NCBI GenBank assembly: GCA_043720435.1
Contig: JAYSST010000509.1
Coordinates: 1-25,026, forward strand
Source of the DNA: Bdellovibrionales bacterium
Lineage (GTDB): Bacteria > Bdellovibrionota > Bdellovibrionia > Bdellovibrionales > JAMPXM01
Direction of reading: 5' to 3'
Length of the DNA: 25,026 bases
Positions within the stretch are counted from its first letter, which is position 1. Each line of letters starts with the position of its first letter. Positions 16,134-25,026 of the stretch are shown piece by piece. The notes beneath the pieces were generated by a model that saw only the letters and a list, made by a program, of their open reading frames with translations, was not told the DNA's origin and did no database searches. A program made the position numbers and the translations under genes.

Positions 16134-16196
16134 CATAAAGACATCTTCGAGCATCAAGTTTGCGTAAAGCTGAGCTGTGAGTTATCTGCTAGCGTA

Positions 16197-18650
16197 GTGC
16201 ATTCAAAAAAGGCTCTTCTTAATGTTATTGCGGGACTCGCGAGCCTGATTGGCTTGTTCGCGTTGTCCCTTGGCCTCTCGCGCTCATTTAATGGCCTGAG
16301 CCCGATAGGCCCTCTGCTCGCGCCAAGCAACGGAATCTGGCGCCACCAGCCAACCCATCGCGCCGACTTGATACAACGTCTCGAAGCCGCAGTACGAGAT
16401 GCGGGTCTCCCCGCAGTTGAAATTGAAATCGACGATGCCGAAGTGCCGCACCTTAAATCTGAAAGTGATGTCGCACTTTATTTCGCTCAAGGTTTCGTTA
16501 CGTCCTACTATCGACTTTGGCAGATGGATTTTCTGTCGCGGATAACCGCGGGTCAGGTTTCGGAAATACTTGGCGCGAACGCTTTGCCGATCGATCGTTT
16601 CTTTCGGCGCATGCGAATTCCCGCCGCCGCTCGCTCATCGGCCGCATTGATGATGAGCGATCCTGTGACGCGAGTTCCGCTCGCAGCTTACACGCGGGGA
16701 GTGAACGCCCGTATCGCGCAACTCGATGTAAACTCTTTGCCTGTTGAATATCGACTTTTTGGAATCCTACCAGATGCCTGGTCTGAAGAGCGTGCCGCTT
16801 TTCTTTTGAAGTACATGACATGGGAATTGACCGGTTATCTCTATGATTTCCAAATGACAGCGTCTAAGGCCAAACTCTCGCACGATATTTTCGAACTGCT
16901 TTTTCCACTTAACGCGAAAGTTCCGGGTGCAATTCTCAAAGACAAGTTTGCTGTCGGCCCAAAGGCAAGCATGAGCATTCCGAATTCCACAAAGCTCGCA
17001 CCGTCGCGGCAAATCGCAACCCAGCACTGGCTGAATATTCCCGCAGATGTCCTTCCAGAAGCCGCCAACGGAAGTAACAATTGGGCCGTGCCGGCTCGGC
17101 TTATGACGAATGGTCGAGCGCTGCTAGCGAATGACTTACATCTTGGCTACGCACTTCCTGCGCTGTGGTTTTCGATTCAGCTGACCAGCCCGACTATGAA
17201 TGTTTATGGCGCCTCGCTGCCGGGGGCGCCTGGAGTCATCGTCGGTTTCACAGAATCTATGGGCTGGGCCGTGACGAATGGTTCGGACGACGTGCTTGAC
17301 TGGTATTCACTTCGATTTCGCGATGTGAAACGCCAAGAATATTATTTTGAAAATTCGTGGCGTCCGGTCGTTACCCGTGACGAGATCGTCAAAGTTGCTG
17401 GCGGCCCCTCTGAGACCGTCAGAACGCGCGATACCCACGTCGGTCCAGTCGTCTTCGATGATGGCGATGCTCCCGCGGTGATCGACATTCCGTCGGGCCT
17501 CGCCGTTCAGTGGATGGGGCACACACCATCGAACGAACTGCGCAGTTTCTTATTGTTGAATCGTGCGACGACGGCTCGCGATTGTACGACCGCGCTAAAA
17601 GGCTACATTGCGCCGTCGCAAAACTTTGTTTGCGCAGATCGTGCGGGACGTTTGGTTTACAAACATGCCGGGGTCTTTCCAGATCGTAAGCAACGAGACG
17701 GAAGATTTATCTTCGAAGCAGCAAGTGACTCGGATTTATGGCAGGGAACTTTACCGTTTGATGAAAATCCATCAATGGAAACAACGTCCGAACTTATTAT
17801 CACAGCCAATCAGGCACCGTTTAATGGAGACACTCAGTATAAGTATGGGTGGTTCTTTGCTCCGCCATACCGCGCTTTGCAAATTCGCGCGCACCTAGAC
17901 GGGAAAAACCAATGGAAACCAGAAGAGATGATCGACGTTCAAGGTGATAAGGGAAGTTGGCTCGCCAAGAACTTTGCAAAAATCATTTTGCGGGAATCCG
18001 TTAACTCCCCGCTAAAAGAAGAACTTATGAAACAGCCGTGCGGAATCGCCGGTGCATCGGCGCTGAGCCACGCATTGCAAACTTGGGATGGCGGATACGC
18101 CGTTGAAAGCACGACGGCACCGCTCGTCAATGAGTGGCTGAAGAAGTTGAAAGAGATGACTTGGACCAGACTCATTGGCGCAGAAGAACAGATGTCGTGG
18201 CCAAACAGTTGGCGCTTTTTCGAATTGATCGAGAAAGAACCTAACGCGCCGCTTTGGGATGCTGCCAACACCCCTGAAGCGGAAAATCTTAACACACGAC
18301 TGGTGCAGTCCTTAGGGCTTGCATGCGAAAGTCTGATAGCGAAATCCGGAAATACTCTTCCGACTTGGAGCACGTATCAACCAACCTCAATCCGTCATGC
18401 TGGCCGTATCCCAGGGTTAGGACGCACGATTGCTGTCGGCGGCGCGGGCGAATCCATCTTCGCGAACAAAGGTCAGCACGGCCCAACTTGGAAAATGATT
18501 GTGACTTTCGAAGATCATCCTCGCGCTTGGACGATGACACCAGGTGGTCAAAGTGGCGATCCTTCGTCAGATCGTTACGACGATCAGATTGAAACCTGGG
18601 CGCGTGGTGAAATGCGCCCGGTGAAATTCAATATGCGGAGCAGACGATGA
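16197..18650 (+). CDS. Penicillin acylase family Ntn-hydrolase (peptidase S45; penicillin/AHL acylase-like)
   Basis: N-terminal hydrophobic anchor, VPHL..FAQGF..RLWQMD, nucleophile motif GSNNWAV, ANDLHLG, TANQ, PGGQSGDPSS.RY.DQ. Confidence 0.93.
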   Translation: MHSKKALLNVIAGLASLIGLFALSLGLSRSFNGLSPIGPLLAPSNGIWRHQPTHRADLIQRLEAAVRDAGLPAVEIEIDDAEVPHLKSESDVALYFAQGFVTSYYRLWQMDFLSRITAGQVSEILGANALPIDRFFRRMRIPAAARSSAALMMSDPVTRVPLAAYTRGVNARIAQLDVNSLPVEYRLFGILPDAWSEERAAFLLKYMTWELTGYLYDFQMTASKAKLSHDIFELLFPLNAKVPGAILKDKFAVGPKASMSIPNSTKLAPSRQIATQHWLNIPADVLPEAANGSNNWAVPARLMTNGRALLANDLHLGYALPALWFSIQLTSPTMNVYGASLPGAPGVIVGFTESMGWAVTNGSDDVLDWYSLRFRDVKRQEYYFENSWRPVVTRDEIVKVAGGPSETVRTRDTHVGPVVFDDGDAPAVIDIPSGLAVQWMGHTPSNELRSFLLLNRATTARDCTTALKGYIAPSQNFVCADRAGRLVYKHAGVFPDRKQRDGRFIFEAASDSDLWQGTLPFDENPSMETTSELIITANQAPFNGDTQYKYGWFFAPPYRALQIRAHLDGKNQWKPEEMIDVQGDKGSWLAKNFAKIILRESVNSPLKEELMKQPCGIAGASALSHALQTWDGGYAVESTTAPLVNEWLKKLKEMTWTRLIGAEEQMSWPNSWRFFELIEKEPNAPLWDAANTPEAENLNTRLVQSLGLACESLIAKSGNTLPTWSTYQPTSIRHAGRIPGLGRTIAVGGAGESIFANKGQHGPTWKMIVTFEDHPRAWTMTPGGQSGDPSSDRYDDQIETWARGEMRPVKFNMRSRR

Positions 18651-19057
18651 ATAATTTTAGAATCCATAGTTTGACGATTCGGGTTGTCGCGTTTGCCGCT
18701 GCGATCGGCGTCTGCGCTTTCTCAGCGCCGTGGTGGGGCACGCCGATTGTGGCGGGTGTTTCGTATCTCGTGTTTCGACTGCCGACTCGTACGATTTGTT
18801 CGCTTACGTTTTTCGCGTGGTTCGCAGCTTGTGCCAGTCGAGACATTTTAAACGCATACGGACCCAGTCGAGTCTTTGGTAAGATGCTTTCGCTGCAATC
18901 TGTCGGGTTCGCGAACGATTCTATGGCTAGTCGCTTGTGCGTTTACGGTCTGGTCGGTTTGATTGGATTTTTGTTGGCGCTTTTTACCGGCGGACTTCTG
19001 AAGTCGCTTATGGCACTGGTGCCATCGAAATTACGGATCCAAAAAACCTTGCGGTAA
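18647..19057 (+). CDS. Hypothetical multi-pass membrane protein
   Basis: ATGA overlap with the acylase stop; three to four hydrophobic segments in 136 aa. Confidence 0.75.
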   Translation: MNNFRIHSLTIRVVAFAAAIGVCAFSAPWWGTPIVAGVSYLVFRLPTRTICSLTFFAWFAACASRDILNAYGPSRVFGKMLSLQSVGFANDSMASRLCVYGLVGLIGFLLALFTGGLLKSLMALVPSKLRIQKTLR

Positions 19058-19648
19058 GTACATGAGTGGATTTACAGGCTGACGGTTGTATCTAATCTCG
19101 AAGTGAAGATGAACACCACTCGCTCGACCGGTTCTTCCCATCTCGGCAATCATCTGACCACGCGTGACCTTCGAACCTTCTTTGACGTGAAACTTGTTTA
19201 AGTGTGAGTACAGCGTTGCCCATGTATCGTTATGTTCAATGACGACGAGTTTGCCGTAGCCAGAAAAGCCTTTTCCTACGTAGATCACGACACCGGCTTC
19301 GCTTGCCAGGATTGGTGTTCCTTTTTTCGATGCGAGGTCGATGCCGTAATGCCATCGTTTTCCTAGCAAAAACCCACGAGACATCCGTGCGTCCTCAACC
19401 GGCCAATCGAAATTCATTCCGCTTGCTGGAGCAGACTGACTATATCGTTCACCGCTCCATGAAAGCGTCGGACCGATCGGTGCCGCCACAGGCGCCGATT
19501 CTTCGAGCGTGCTGTCGATGGTCCCGTCGGGCGCCTTGAAGCTTCCCGGACCTTGAAAGGTCGAGCACGCGCTTAGGTTAGAAATGCTTAAGAAGAAAGG
19601 AAGCCAGAACACAAAGCGCGGCCTCTGAAGTTTTCCAAAAAACATCAC
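19031..19648 (-). CDS. M23 family metallopeptidase lipoprotein
   Basis: Lipobox LSAC; zinc ligands HYGID (HxxxD) and HLH; typical YGKLVVIEH...TLYSHL and GRTGRASG motifs. Starts 3 nt after the glyA stop. Confidence 0.93.
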   Translation of the reverse strand: MMFFGKLQRPRFVFWLPFFLSISNLSACSTFQGPGSFKAPDGTIDSTLEESAPVAAPIGPTLSWSGERYSQSAPASGMNFDWPVEDARMSRGFLLGKRWHYGIDLASKKGTPILASEAGVVIYVGKGFSGYGKLVVIEHNDTWATLYSHLNKFHVKEGSKVTRGQMIAEMGRTGRASGVHLHFEIRYNRQPVNPLMYLPQGFLDP

Positions 19649-19651
19649 GGT

Positions 19652-20986
19652 TTAGTCTCTCGACGGAATGTAGACAGGATACGACTGGCAAAGTTCAGCA
19701 ACCTGATTTTTTACCTTCGCAAGATTCGCTTGATCACCCGGTTTGTCGATGACTTCAGAAATCCAGCCCCCGATCAGTTTCATCTCGGATTCTTTCATTC
19801 CTCGCGTCGTTAACGCCGGTGTGCCGATGCGAATCCCGCTGGTAACAAACGGAGACCGTTTTTCATTCGGAACCGTATTCTTGTTCACCGTAATGCCAGC
19901 GTGATCGAGTGCGATCTCGGCGTCTTTACCGGTCGCTTCTCGAGACGAAAGATCAACAAGCATCAAGTGATTGTCTGTGCCGCCAGTCACGAGATTGAGT
20001 CCGCCGGCTAGCAGCGAGTCGGATAGTGCTTGCGCATTCTTAACCACTTGCTGTGCGTACGTTTTGAAACTTGGTTGAAGCGCTTCTAGAAACGATACGG
20101 CTTTTCCCGCAATAACATGCTCGAGCGGACCACCTTGAAGCCCCGGAAATATTCGCGAGTTCACTTTTTTTGCCGCTTCTTCACTACCTTGAAGACCATT
20201 ATCAAACGCCATTCCCGTGAGAATGATGCCACCGCGTGGTCCACGCAGTGTCTTGTGTGTCGTCGACGTTACGTAGTGGGCGAACGGAATCGGTGACGGG
20301 TGCGCCCCGCCGGCAACGAGACCTGCGAAGTGGGCCATGTCGACAAGTAAGGTAGCGCCGACTTCATCGGCTATCTCGCGGAACTTTGCGAAGTCGAGAG
20401 TGCGTGGATAAGCGGAGTATCCTGCGATCAAAATCTTCGGCTTCGACTCTTTCGCGACTTTGCGGATCGTATCGTAATTGATTCGTCCGGTTTCAGCATC
20501 GAGGCCATAGCTTGCGACCTTGAAAAGGATACCGCTGAAGTTGACCGGACTTCCGTGCGTTAGATGTCCGCCGTGTGAAAGGTCCATCCCTAAAATCGTG
20601 TCGCCCGCTTTTGCTGCTGCCATAAAGACAGCTTGATTTGCTTGCGAGCCCGAATGCGGCTGAACGTTAGCAAAAGGCGCACCGAAAAGTTTCTTTACGC
20701 GATCGATGGCGAGCTGCTCGATCTTATCAACGTGCTCGCAACCGCCGTAATAACGTTTGCCCGGGTAACCTTCGGCGTATTTATTTGTAAGGATTGAACC
20801 CTGCGCTTCCATAACGGCTTGCGACGTGTAGTTCTCGCTAGCGATCATTTCGAGACCATAGAATTGTCGATCGGTCTCGCGCTTCAAGTACTGCGCAAGT
20901 TCTGGATCAACCTTTGTGAGATGCGAAATTGCTGTCGGCGAAGGAACGTTTGTGGTGGTCGAGTTTTCTGTAGAGTACTGCATCAT
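19652..20986 (-). CDS. glyA: Serine hydroxymethyltransferase
   Basis: [27 protein letters not shown]-lysine motif [18 protein letters not shown] may favour the second ATG (20983). Confidence 0.98.
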   Translation of the reverse strand: MMQYSTENSTTTNVPSPTAISHLTKVDPELAQYLKRETDRQFYGLEMIASENYTSQAVMEAQGSILTNKYAEGYPGKRYYGGCEHVDKIEQLAIDRVKKLFGAPFANVQPHSGSQANQAVFMAAAKAGDTILGMDLSHGGHLTHGSPVNFSGILFKVASYGLDAETGRINYDTIRKVAKESKPKILIAGYSAYPRTLDFAKFREIADEVGATLLVDMAHFAGLVAGGAHPSPIPFAHYVTSTTHKTLRGPRGGIILTGMAFDNGLQGSEEAAKKVNSRIFPGLQGGPLEHVIAGKAVSFLEALQPSFKTYAQQVVKNAQALSDSLLAGGLNLVTGGTDNHLMLVDLSSREATGKDAEIALDHAGITVNKNTVPNEKRSPFVTSGIRIGTPALTTRGMKESEMKLIGGWISEVIDKPGDQANLAKVKNQVAELCQSYPVYIPSRD

Positions 20987-21010
20987 TTACCTCTGACTTT
21001 TATTGAACGT

Positions 21011-21517
21011 TCAGCATTCGATCTTGTTGATCCTACCGACGTGACGAGCGCCTTCGAAAGGCGTTCGAAGAAAGATTTCGACCAGGTTAACTGCCAGCGA
21101 CGGTTCTATCAACCGCGCGCCCAAGCAGAGTATGTTGGCGTCATTGTGCGCACGCGAGAGACGCGTAGACTCTTCGTTCCATGTAAGAGCTGCGCGCACG
21201 CCTTTAAAACGATTTGCAGTCATCGCCATTCCTTGTCCCGAGCCACAGACAAGAATTCCAAAACTTCCTTTTGGAGCGAGCAATAACTCTCGACAAACGT
21301 TCTGTGCAAAGTCGGGATAGTCGACGCGATCAGCATTCGCCGGTCCCAAATCTTTCCACGTCCAAGACAATTTGCCTGGCGAAGCAACTGGACTTGTCAG
21401 CGTGACTTTATCTTTCCAAACGCGCAGAAGGTGCGCTTTGAGGTCGAAGCCCGCGTGGTCGCTTGCGATAAATAGTTTCGGAGTTGTTTCTGCAGCTTTG
21501 TCTTGTGCAGGGCTCAT
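21011..21517 (-). CDS. rpiB: Ribose-5-phosphate isomerase B
   Basis: IASDHAG, DYPDFA, CGSGQG, ANRFKGVRAA, HNDANILCLGAR. Confidence 0.95.
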   Translation of the reverse strand: MSPAQDKAAETTPKLFIASDHAGFDLKAHLLRVWKDKVTLTSPVASPGKLSWTWKDLGPANADRVDYPDFAQNVCRELLLAPKGSFGILVCGSGQGMAMTANRFKGVRAALTWNEESTRLSRAHNDANILCLGARLIEPSLAVNLVEIFLRTPFEGARHVGRINKIEC

Positions 21518-21522
21518 AATAG

Positions 21523-22824
21523 CTAAACTTTCGTAAAGACGAGCGTCGAATTAGTTCCGCCGAAGCCAAAACTGTTATTCATGACTGCTGTGAATTTTCC
21601 TTCACGCGCAACATGAGGAACATAGTCGAGATCGCAATCGTCGCTCGCGTTGTCGAGGTTGATTGTTGGTGGTGCTACGTTTGTATGAAGCGCCATCAGT
21701 GAGAAGACGCTTTCAATCGCGCCAGCAGCCCCGAGGGAATGGCCCATGACAGATTTCGTGCTGCTGATCCAAAGTTTCGGAGCGTGACTACCAAATACTA
21801 ATTTCACCGCGGCCGTCTCTTGGCCATCTCCCGCAGGCGTACTTGTGCCGTGTGCGTTGAGATACTGAAGCTCATTTCCATTCATGTGCGCGTCTTCAAG
21901 CGCTGCACGCATTGAAGCCGCCGCTCCGACGCCGCCCTGAGCAGGGTTCGTCATATGATAAGCATCCGACGATGATCCGTAACCTGCGACTTCACCGTAA
22001 ATTTTTGCACCACGGCGGCTTGCACTTTCAAAATCTTCTAAAATTAAAATCGCGGACGCTTCGCTGAGTACAAAGCCGTCGCGATCACGATCAAATGGAC
22101 GACTCGCCATTGTCGGTTGATCGTTCCGTGTCGAGAGAGCCTTCATCGACGCAAACCCGCTGATAGCGAGTTGGCCGATGCTTGCTTCGGTGCCACCCGC
22201 AACCATGACATCGGCAAGGCCGCGGCGGATGTAGCCAGCAGCTTCCCCGATTGAATGTGCACCTGATGAACACGCGGAAGTGATCGAATAATTTACGCCA
22301 CGCAATCCGTGCTTGATCGTAATGTGCCCGCTCGCCATGTTCGCGATGACGCTTGGGATGAAAAATGGAGAAACACGACTTGGTCCGCGTTCTTTAATCG
22401 TTAGTGCCGTTTGTTCGAGTTCGTTGATGCCGCCGATACCGCAACCGACGATAGCGCCAATGCGCGCGCGAAACTCGTCGTCGAAAGTCAGTGGATCGAG
22501 TCCGGAATCTTTGAGGGCTTCTGCTGCCGCTGCCATCGCAAGGTGGATGAAGCGACCCATTTTCTTTTGTTCTTTTTTATCAATGAAAGGAGTTGGATCG
22601 AAACCTTTCACTTCTCCGGCAAAGCGCACATCGTACGCCGTCGCATCAAAGCAAGTGATCGGCGCAATTCCGCTTTGGCCCGCGACCGCGTTTTTCCAAG
22701 AGGTCGGTAAATCGAGACCAAGCGGGGAAATGCATCCCATCCCAGTAACGACGACTCGGCGCTCGGCCTTGGTCACACGTTCAAATCGATTTTGCGCAGA
22801 CTCGTGTCTAGGGGCAAGTTTCAT
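21523..22824 (-). CDS. fabF: 3-oxoacyl-ACP synthase II
   Basis: RRVVVTGMG; Cys-His-His triad in SACSSG, NAHGTST and KSVMGHSLGAAG; NSFGFGGTN. ATG 22824 is preferred over TTG 22836. Confidence 0.97.
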   Translation of the reverse strand: MKLAPRHESAQNRFERVTKAERRVVVTGMGCISPLGLDLPTSWKNAVAGQSGIAPITCFDATAYDVRFAGEVKGFDPTPFIDKKEQKKMGRFIHLAMAAAAEALKDSGLDPLTFDDEFRARIGAIVGCGIGGINELEQTALTIKERGPSRVSPFFIPSVIANMASGHITIKHGLRGVNYSITSACSSGAHSIGEAAGYIRRGLADVMVAGGTEASIGQLAISGFASMKALSTRNDQPTMASRPFDRDRDGFVLSEASAILILEDFESASRRGAKIYGEVAGYGSSSDAYHMTNPAQGGVGAAASMRAALEDAHMNGNELQYLNAHGTSTPAGDGQETAAVKLVFGSHAPKLWISSTKSVMGHSLGAAGAIESVFSLMALHTNVAPPTINLDNASDDCDLDYVPHVAREGKFTAVMNNSFGFGGTNSTLVFTKV

Positions 22825-22853
22825 CGATGGGCCCAACCGCTTAGGCGTTCGGC

Positions 22854-23096
22854 CTAAGCTTTACCTTTAGACTGAAGGTACGTGCAGAAATCGCCAACCG
22901 TTTTCAGCTTCTCAGCGTCTTCGTCTGGAATTTCGATGCCGAACTCTTCTTCAACGGCCATAACGAGCTCAACGATATCGAGGCTATCCGCGCCGAGATC
23001 ATCGATGAACGATGCTTCGACTTTTACACGCTCTGGATCAACGCCAAGTTGATCTGCGATTACTTCTTTTACCTTCGGTTGTACTGTAGCCATCAT
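22854..23096 (-). CDS. acpP: Acyl carrier protein
   Basis: [12 protein letters not shown] phosphopantetheine site. SD AGGAG lies 7 nt before ATG 23096. Confidence 0.97.
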   Translation of the reverse strand: MMATVQPKVKEVIADQLGVDPERVKVEASFIDDLGADSLDIVELVMAVEEEFGIEIPDEDAEKLKTVGDFCTYLQSKGKA

Positions 23097-23186
23097 CAGA
23101 GAACTCCTTGAGATCGCTAGCCGCATGGCTAACAAATTTAAAACGCGGAAATAAAACCAAAATTAAACACAGGACTCAAACCCGAC

Positions 23187-23966
23187 TTAGATATAAAGTC
23201 CACCGTTAACGCTCAACGTGTGGCCCGTTATATAACGCGCTTCATCGCTTAACAAGTATGCAACAGCAGCTGCAATATCCTCGGTTTCGCCTAGGCTTCC
23301 AAGCGGAATTCCGCTCTGAATCTTCGCTTTTTGATCTTCGTTCAAGGCGTCCGTCATCTCGGTCACAATGAACCCCGGAGAGACGCAGTTAAGGCGAATT
23401 CCGCGGGATGCTACTTCTTTCGCCAGTGCTTTCGTCAGTCCTTCGACCCCGGCTTTCGACGCCGAGTAATTACTTTGGCCCGCATTCCCCATTTCGCCGC
23501 TGACCGAGGTGATATTGACGATGGAACCCGCGATCTTAGCTTTGAACATGGATTTGATCGCTGCTCGTGAACACAAGAATGTTCCTCGGAGATTCGTGCC
23601 GATGACGGCGTCAAAATCGTCGGTTTTCATGCGTAATATTAATTGGTCGCGCGTGATTCCTGCGTTGTTCACGAATCCATCAATGCCGCCGGTTTCGAGC
23701 ACTTTCGAAAAGAACGCCTCAACCGAAGTTTCGTCGCTAACATTCAGCGAGAGACAAGAATGGCCAGTGCCGGGCAGGGACTTGGCAACGAGAGCGGCCG
23801 CAGCCTCGTTCGACGAATAGGTCAATACCAGCGTCGCACCCTCTTGGGCGAGCCACGCCGCGATGCCAGCACCAATACCGCGCGACGAACCAGTCACGAC
23901 AATACGCTTGCCGGTGAGGCGTTTGCTCGAGGGCTGAAGCTTCGGATTTGTTTTCGGTTTTTCCAT
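23187..23966 (-). CDS. fabG: 3-oxoacyl-ACP reductase
   Basis: VTGSSRGIG, NNAGITRD, YSASK, PGFIVTEMT, VNGGLY. Confidence 0.97.
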   Translation of the reverse strand: MEKPKTNPKLQPSSKRLTGKRIVVTGSSRGIGAGIAAWLAQEGATLVLTYSSNEAAAALVAKSLPGTGHSCLSLNVSDETSVEAFFSKVLETGGIDGFVNNAGITRDQLILRMKTDDFDAVIGTNLRGTFLCSRAAIKSMFKAKIAGSIVNITSVSGEMGNAGQSNYSASKAGVEGLTKALAKEVASRGIRLNCVSPGFIVTEMTDALNEDQKAKIQSGIPLGSLGETEDIAAAVAYLLSDEARYITGHTLSVNGGLYI

Positions 23967-23967
23967 A

Positions 23968-24951
23968 TTAGGCCTTTATATTTTTCGCAGCGAGTTCGAG
24001 CGACTTCAAATCATCTAATGAATTGAGCCCGAAGACTTTTGCTTTTTCGCCGGCGATCTTTTTTGCCAATCCCGCCAGAATTTTGCCTGAACCAAACTCG
24101 ACGTAATTTTCAATATTTTTGTTCAGCAATGCCTCTTGGCATTGAGTCCATAGAACCGGGCCGGAAATTTGACCGATGAGCCGTTCGCGAATGACTTTTG
24201 TGTCGACCGAAGACGTCGCACTCAGATTTTGTATCACCGGGTGTCTAGGAACATTGAATTCGACATTCTCTAAGACCGCGCGCATTTCGGTTTCCGCCGG
24301 CTTCATCAACGAGCAATGAAAAGGAGCAGACACCGAAAGCGGGATGAGCTTCGCGCGACCAGCGTCGGCTCCTAGGTGCGCAGCGACCCATTCGGCATTG
24401 ACGTTCGCACGCATCCACTCGATAGCCTTTGCTGAGCCGCTAACAACGACTTGCCCAGGGCAATTGAAATTCGCGGGTTCCAATGGTTTTTCGCCAGACT
24501 GTTTTTCGACAAGCGCGCACATTTTTTTCGCGTTTTCGTCACTGAGTCCTAGTACGGCGCACATTGCGCCGTTACCGACCGGAACGGCGCGCTGCATGGC
24601 CTGTCCGCGCATTCGTACAGCGGTAAGAGCCGATGAAAAACCGAGCACGCCCGACGTAACGAGGGCCGCATATTCTCCAACAGAATGTCCTGCAGAAGCG
24701 GCGATCTTGAGTGGAATTAATTCGGTCGCGCAAGTCGCTGTGACCGTTGATACGAGCAGCAGAGCTGGCTGCGTATTTTCAGTCAACTGAAGATCCGAGT
24801 CGGGACCTTCGAAGCACAGTTTTTTGAAATTGAGTTTAAGGGTATCGCCCGCTTCTTCGAAAAGGCGACGGGCCGTAGAGAATTCTTCGAAAAGAAACTT
24901 TCCCATTCCGACGCTCTGACTGCCTTGACCCGGAAAAAGTGCGCCCCACAT
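23968..24951 (-). CDS. fabD: Malonyl-CoA:ACP transacylase
   Basis: FPGQGSQ, GHSVGEY nucleophile motif, ANFNCPGQVVVSG, SAPFHC. Confidence 0.97.
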   Translation of the reverse strand: MWGALFPGQGSQSVGMGKFLFEEFSTARRLFEEAGDTLKLNFKKLCFEGPDSDLQLTENTQPALLLVSTVTATCATELIPLKIAASAGHSVGEYAALVTSGVLGFSSALTAVRMRGQAMQRAVPVGNGAMCAVLGLSDENAKKMCALVEKQSGEKPLEPANFNCPGQVVVSGSAKAIEWMRANVNAEWVAAHLGADAGRAKLIPLSVSAPFHCSLMKPAETEMRAVLENVEFNVPRHPVIQNLSATSSVDTKVIRERLIGQISGPVLWTQCQEALLNKNIENYVEFGSGKILAGLAKKIAGEKAKVFGLNSLDDLKSLELAAKNIKA

Positions 24952-24969
24952 TTGATCACGTCCTGTGCT

Positions 24970-25026
24970 TTAATATTTTAAAAGCAGACTTCCAGAAGTT
25001 AGGCCCGATCCGAACGCCGTCAGCAA
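24970..25026 (-). CDS. fabH: 3-oxoacyl-ACP synthase III, last 18 residues only
   Basis: Minus strand reads LLTAFGSGLTSGSLLLKY*, a typical FabH C-terminus (FGxGLT), 18 nt upstream of fabD. Confidence 0.85.
   Translation of the reverse strand: MLTAFGSGLTSGSLLLKY

Noticed and set aside
1-25026. CRISPR array, transposase, rRNA or defence system
   Set aside because: I saw no regularly spaced repeats and no ORF with the relevant motifs.

Overview
A mostly housekeeping chromosomal window, probably from a Bdellovibrionota-type (predatory) bacterium. That assignment is an inference from gene order and an outer-membrane protein resembling the Bdellovibrio major OMP. The core genes are guaA (5'-truncated), dnaE, lipB, tRNA-Val(GAC), an Atm1-type ABC exporter and a minus-strand fabH(partial)-fabD-fabG-acpP-fabF-rpiB-glyA-M23 operon. 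There are four accessory pockets. (1) Between guaA and dnaE lie a self-contained ~230-nt transcription unit encoding an unannotated 38-aa peptide with an APPG motif, then a sigma54-type promoter and two translationally coupled, paralogous, secreted all-helical proteins sharing a Cys pair. (2) An FlgT/CsgG-like envelope gene pair follows dnaE. (3) Downstream of tRNA-Val, the tRNA 3' end is duplicated 189 bp away around a cassette of GC-rich hairpins; a small two-TM ORF split by one in-frame TAA and a membrane-spanning Hanks-type Ser/Thr kinase follow. (4) A second near-consensus sigma54 promoter precedes a beta-barrel OMP gene, followed by an Ntn-hydrolase acylase. I found no CRISPR array, integrase, transposase, rRNA or intein. 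All family calls come from reading motifs by eye; no database was searched.
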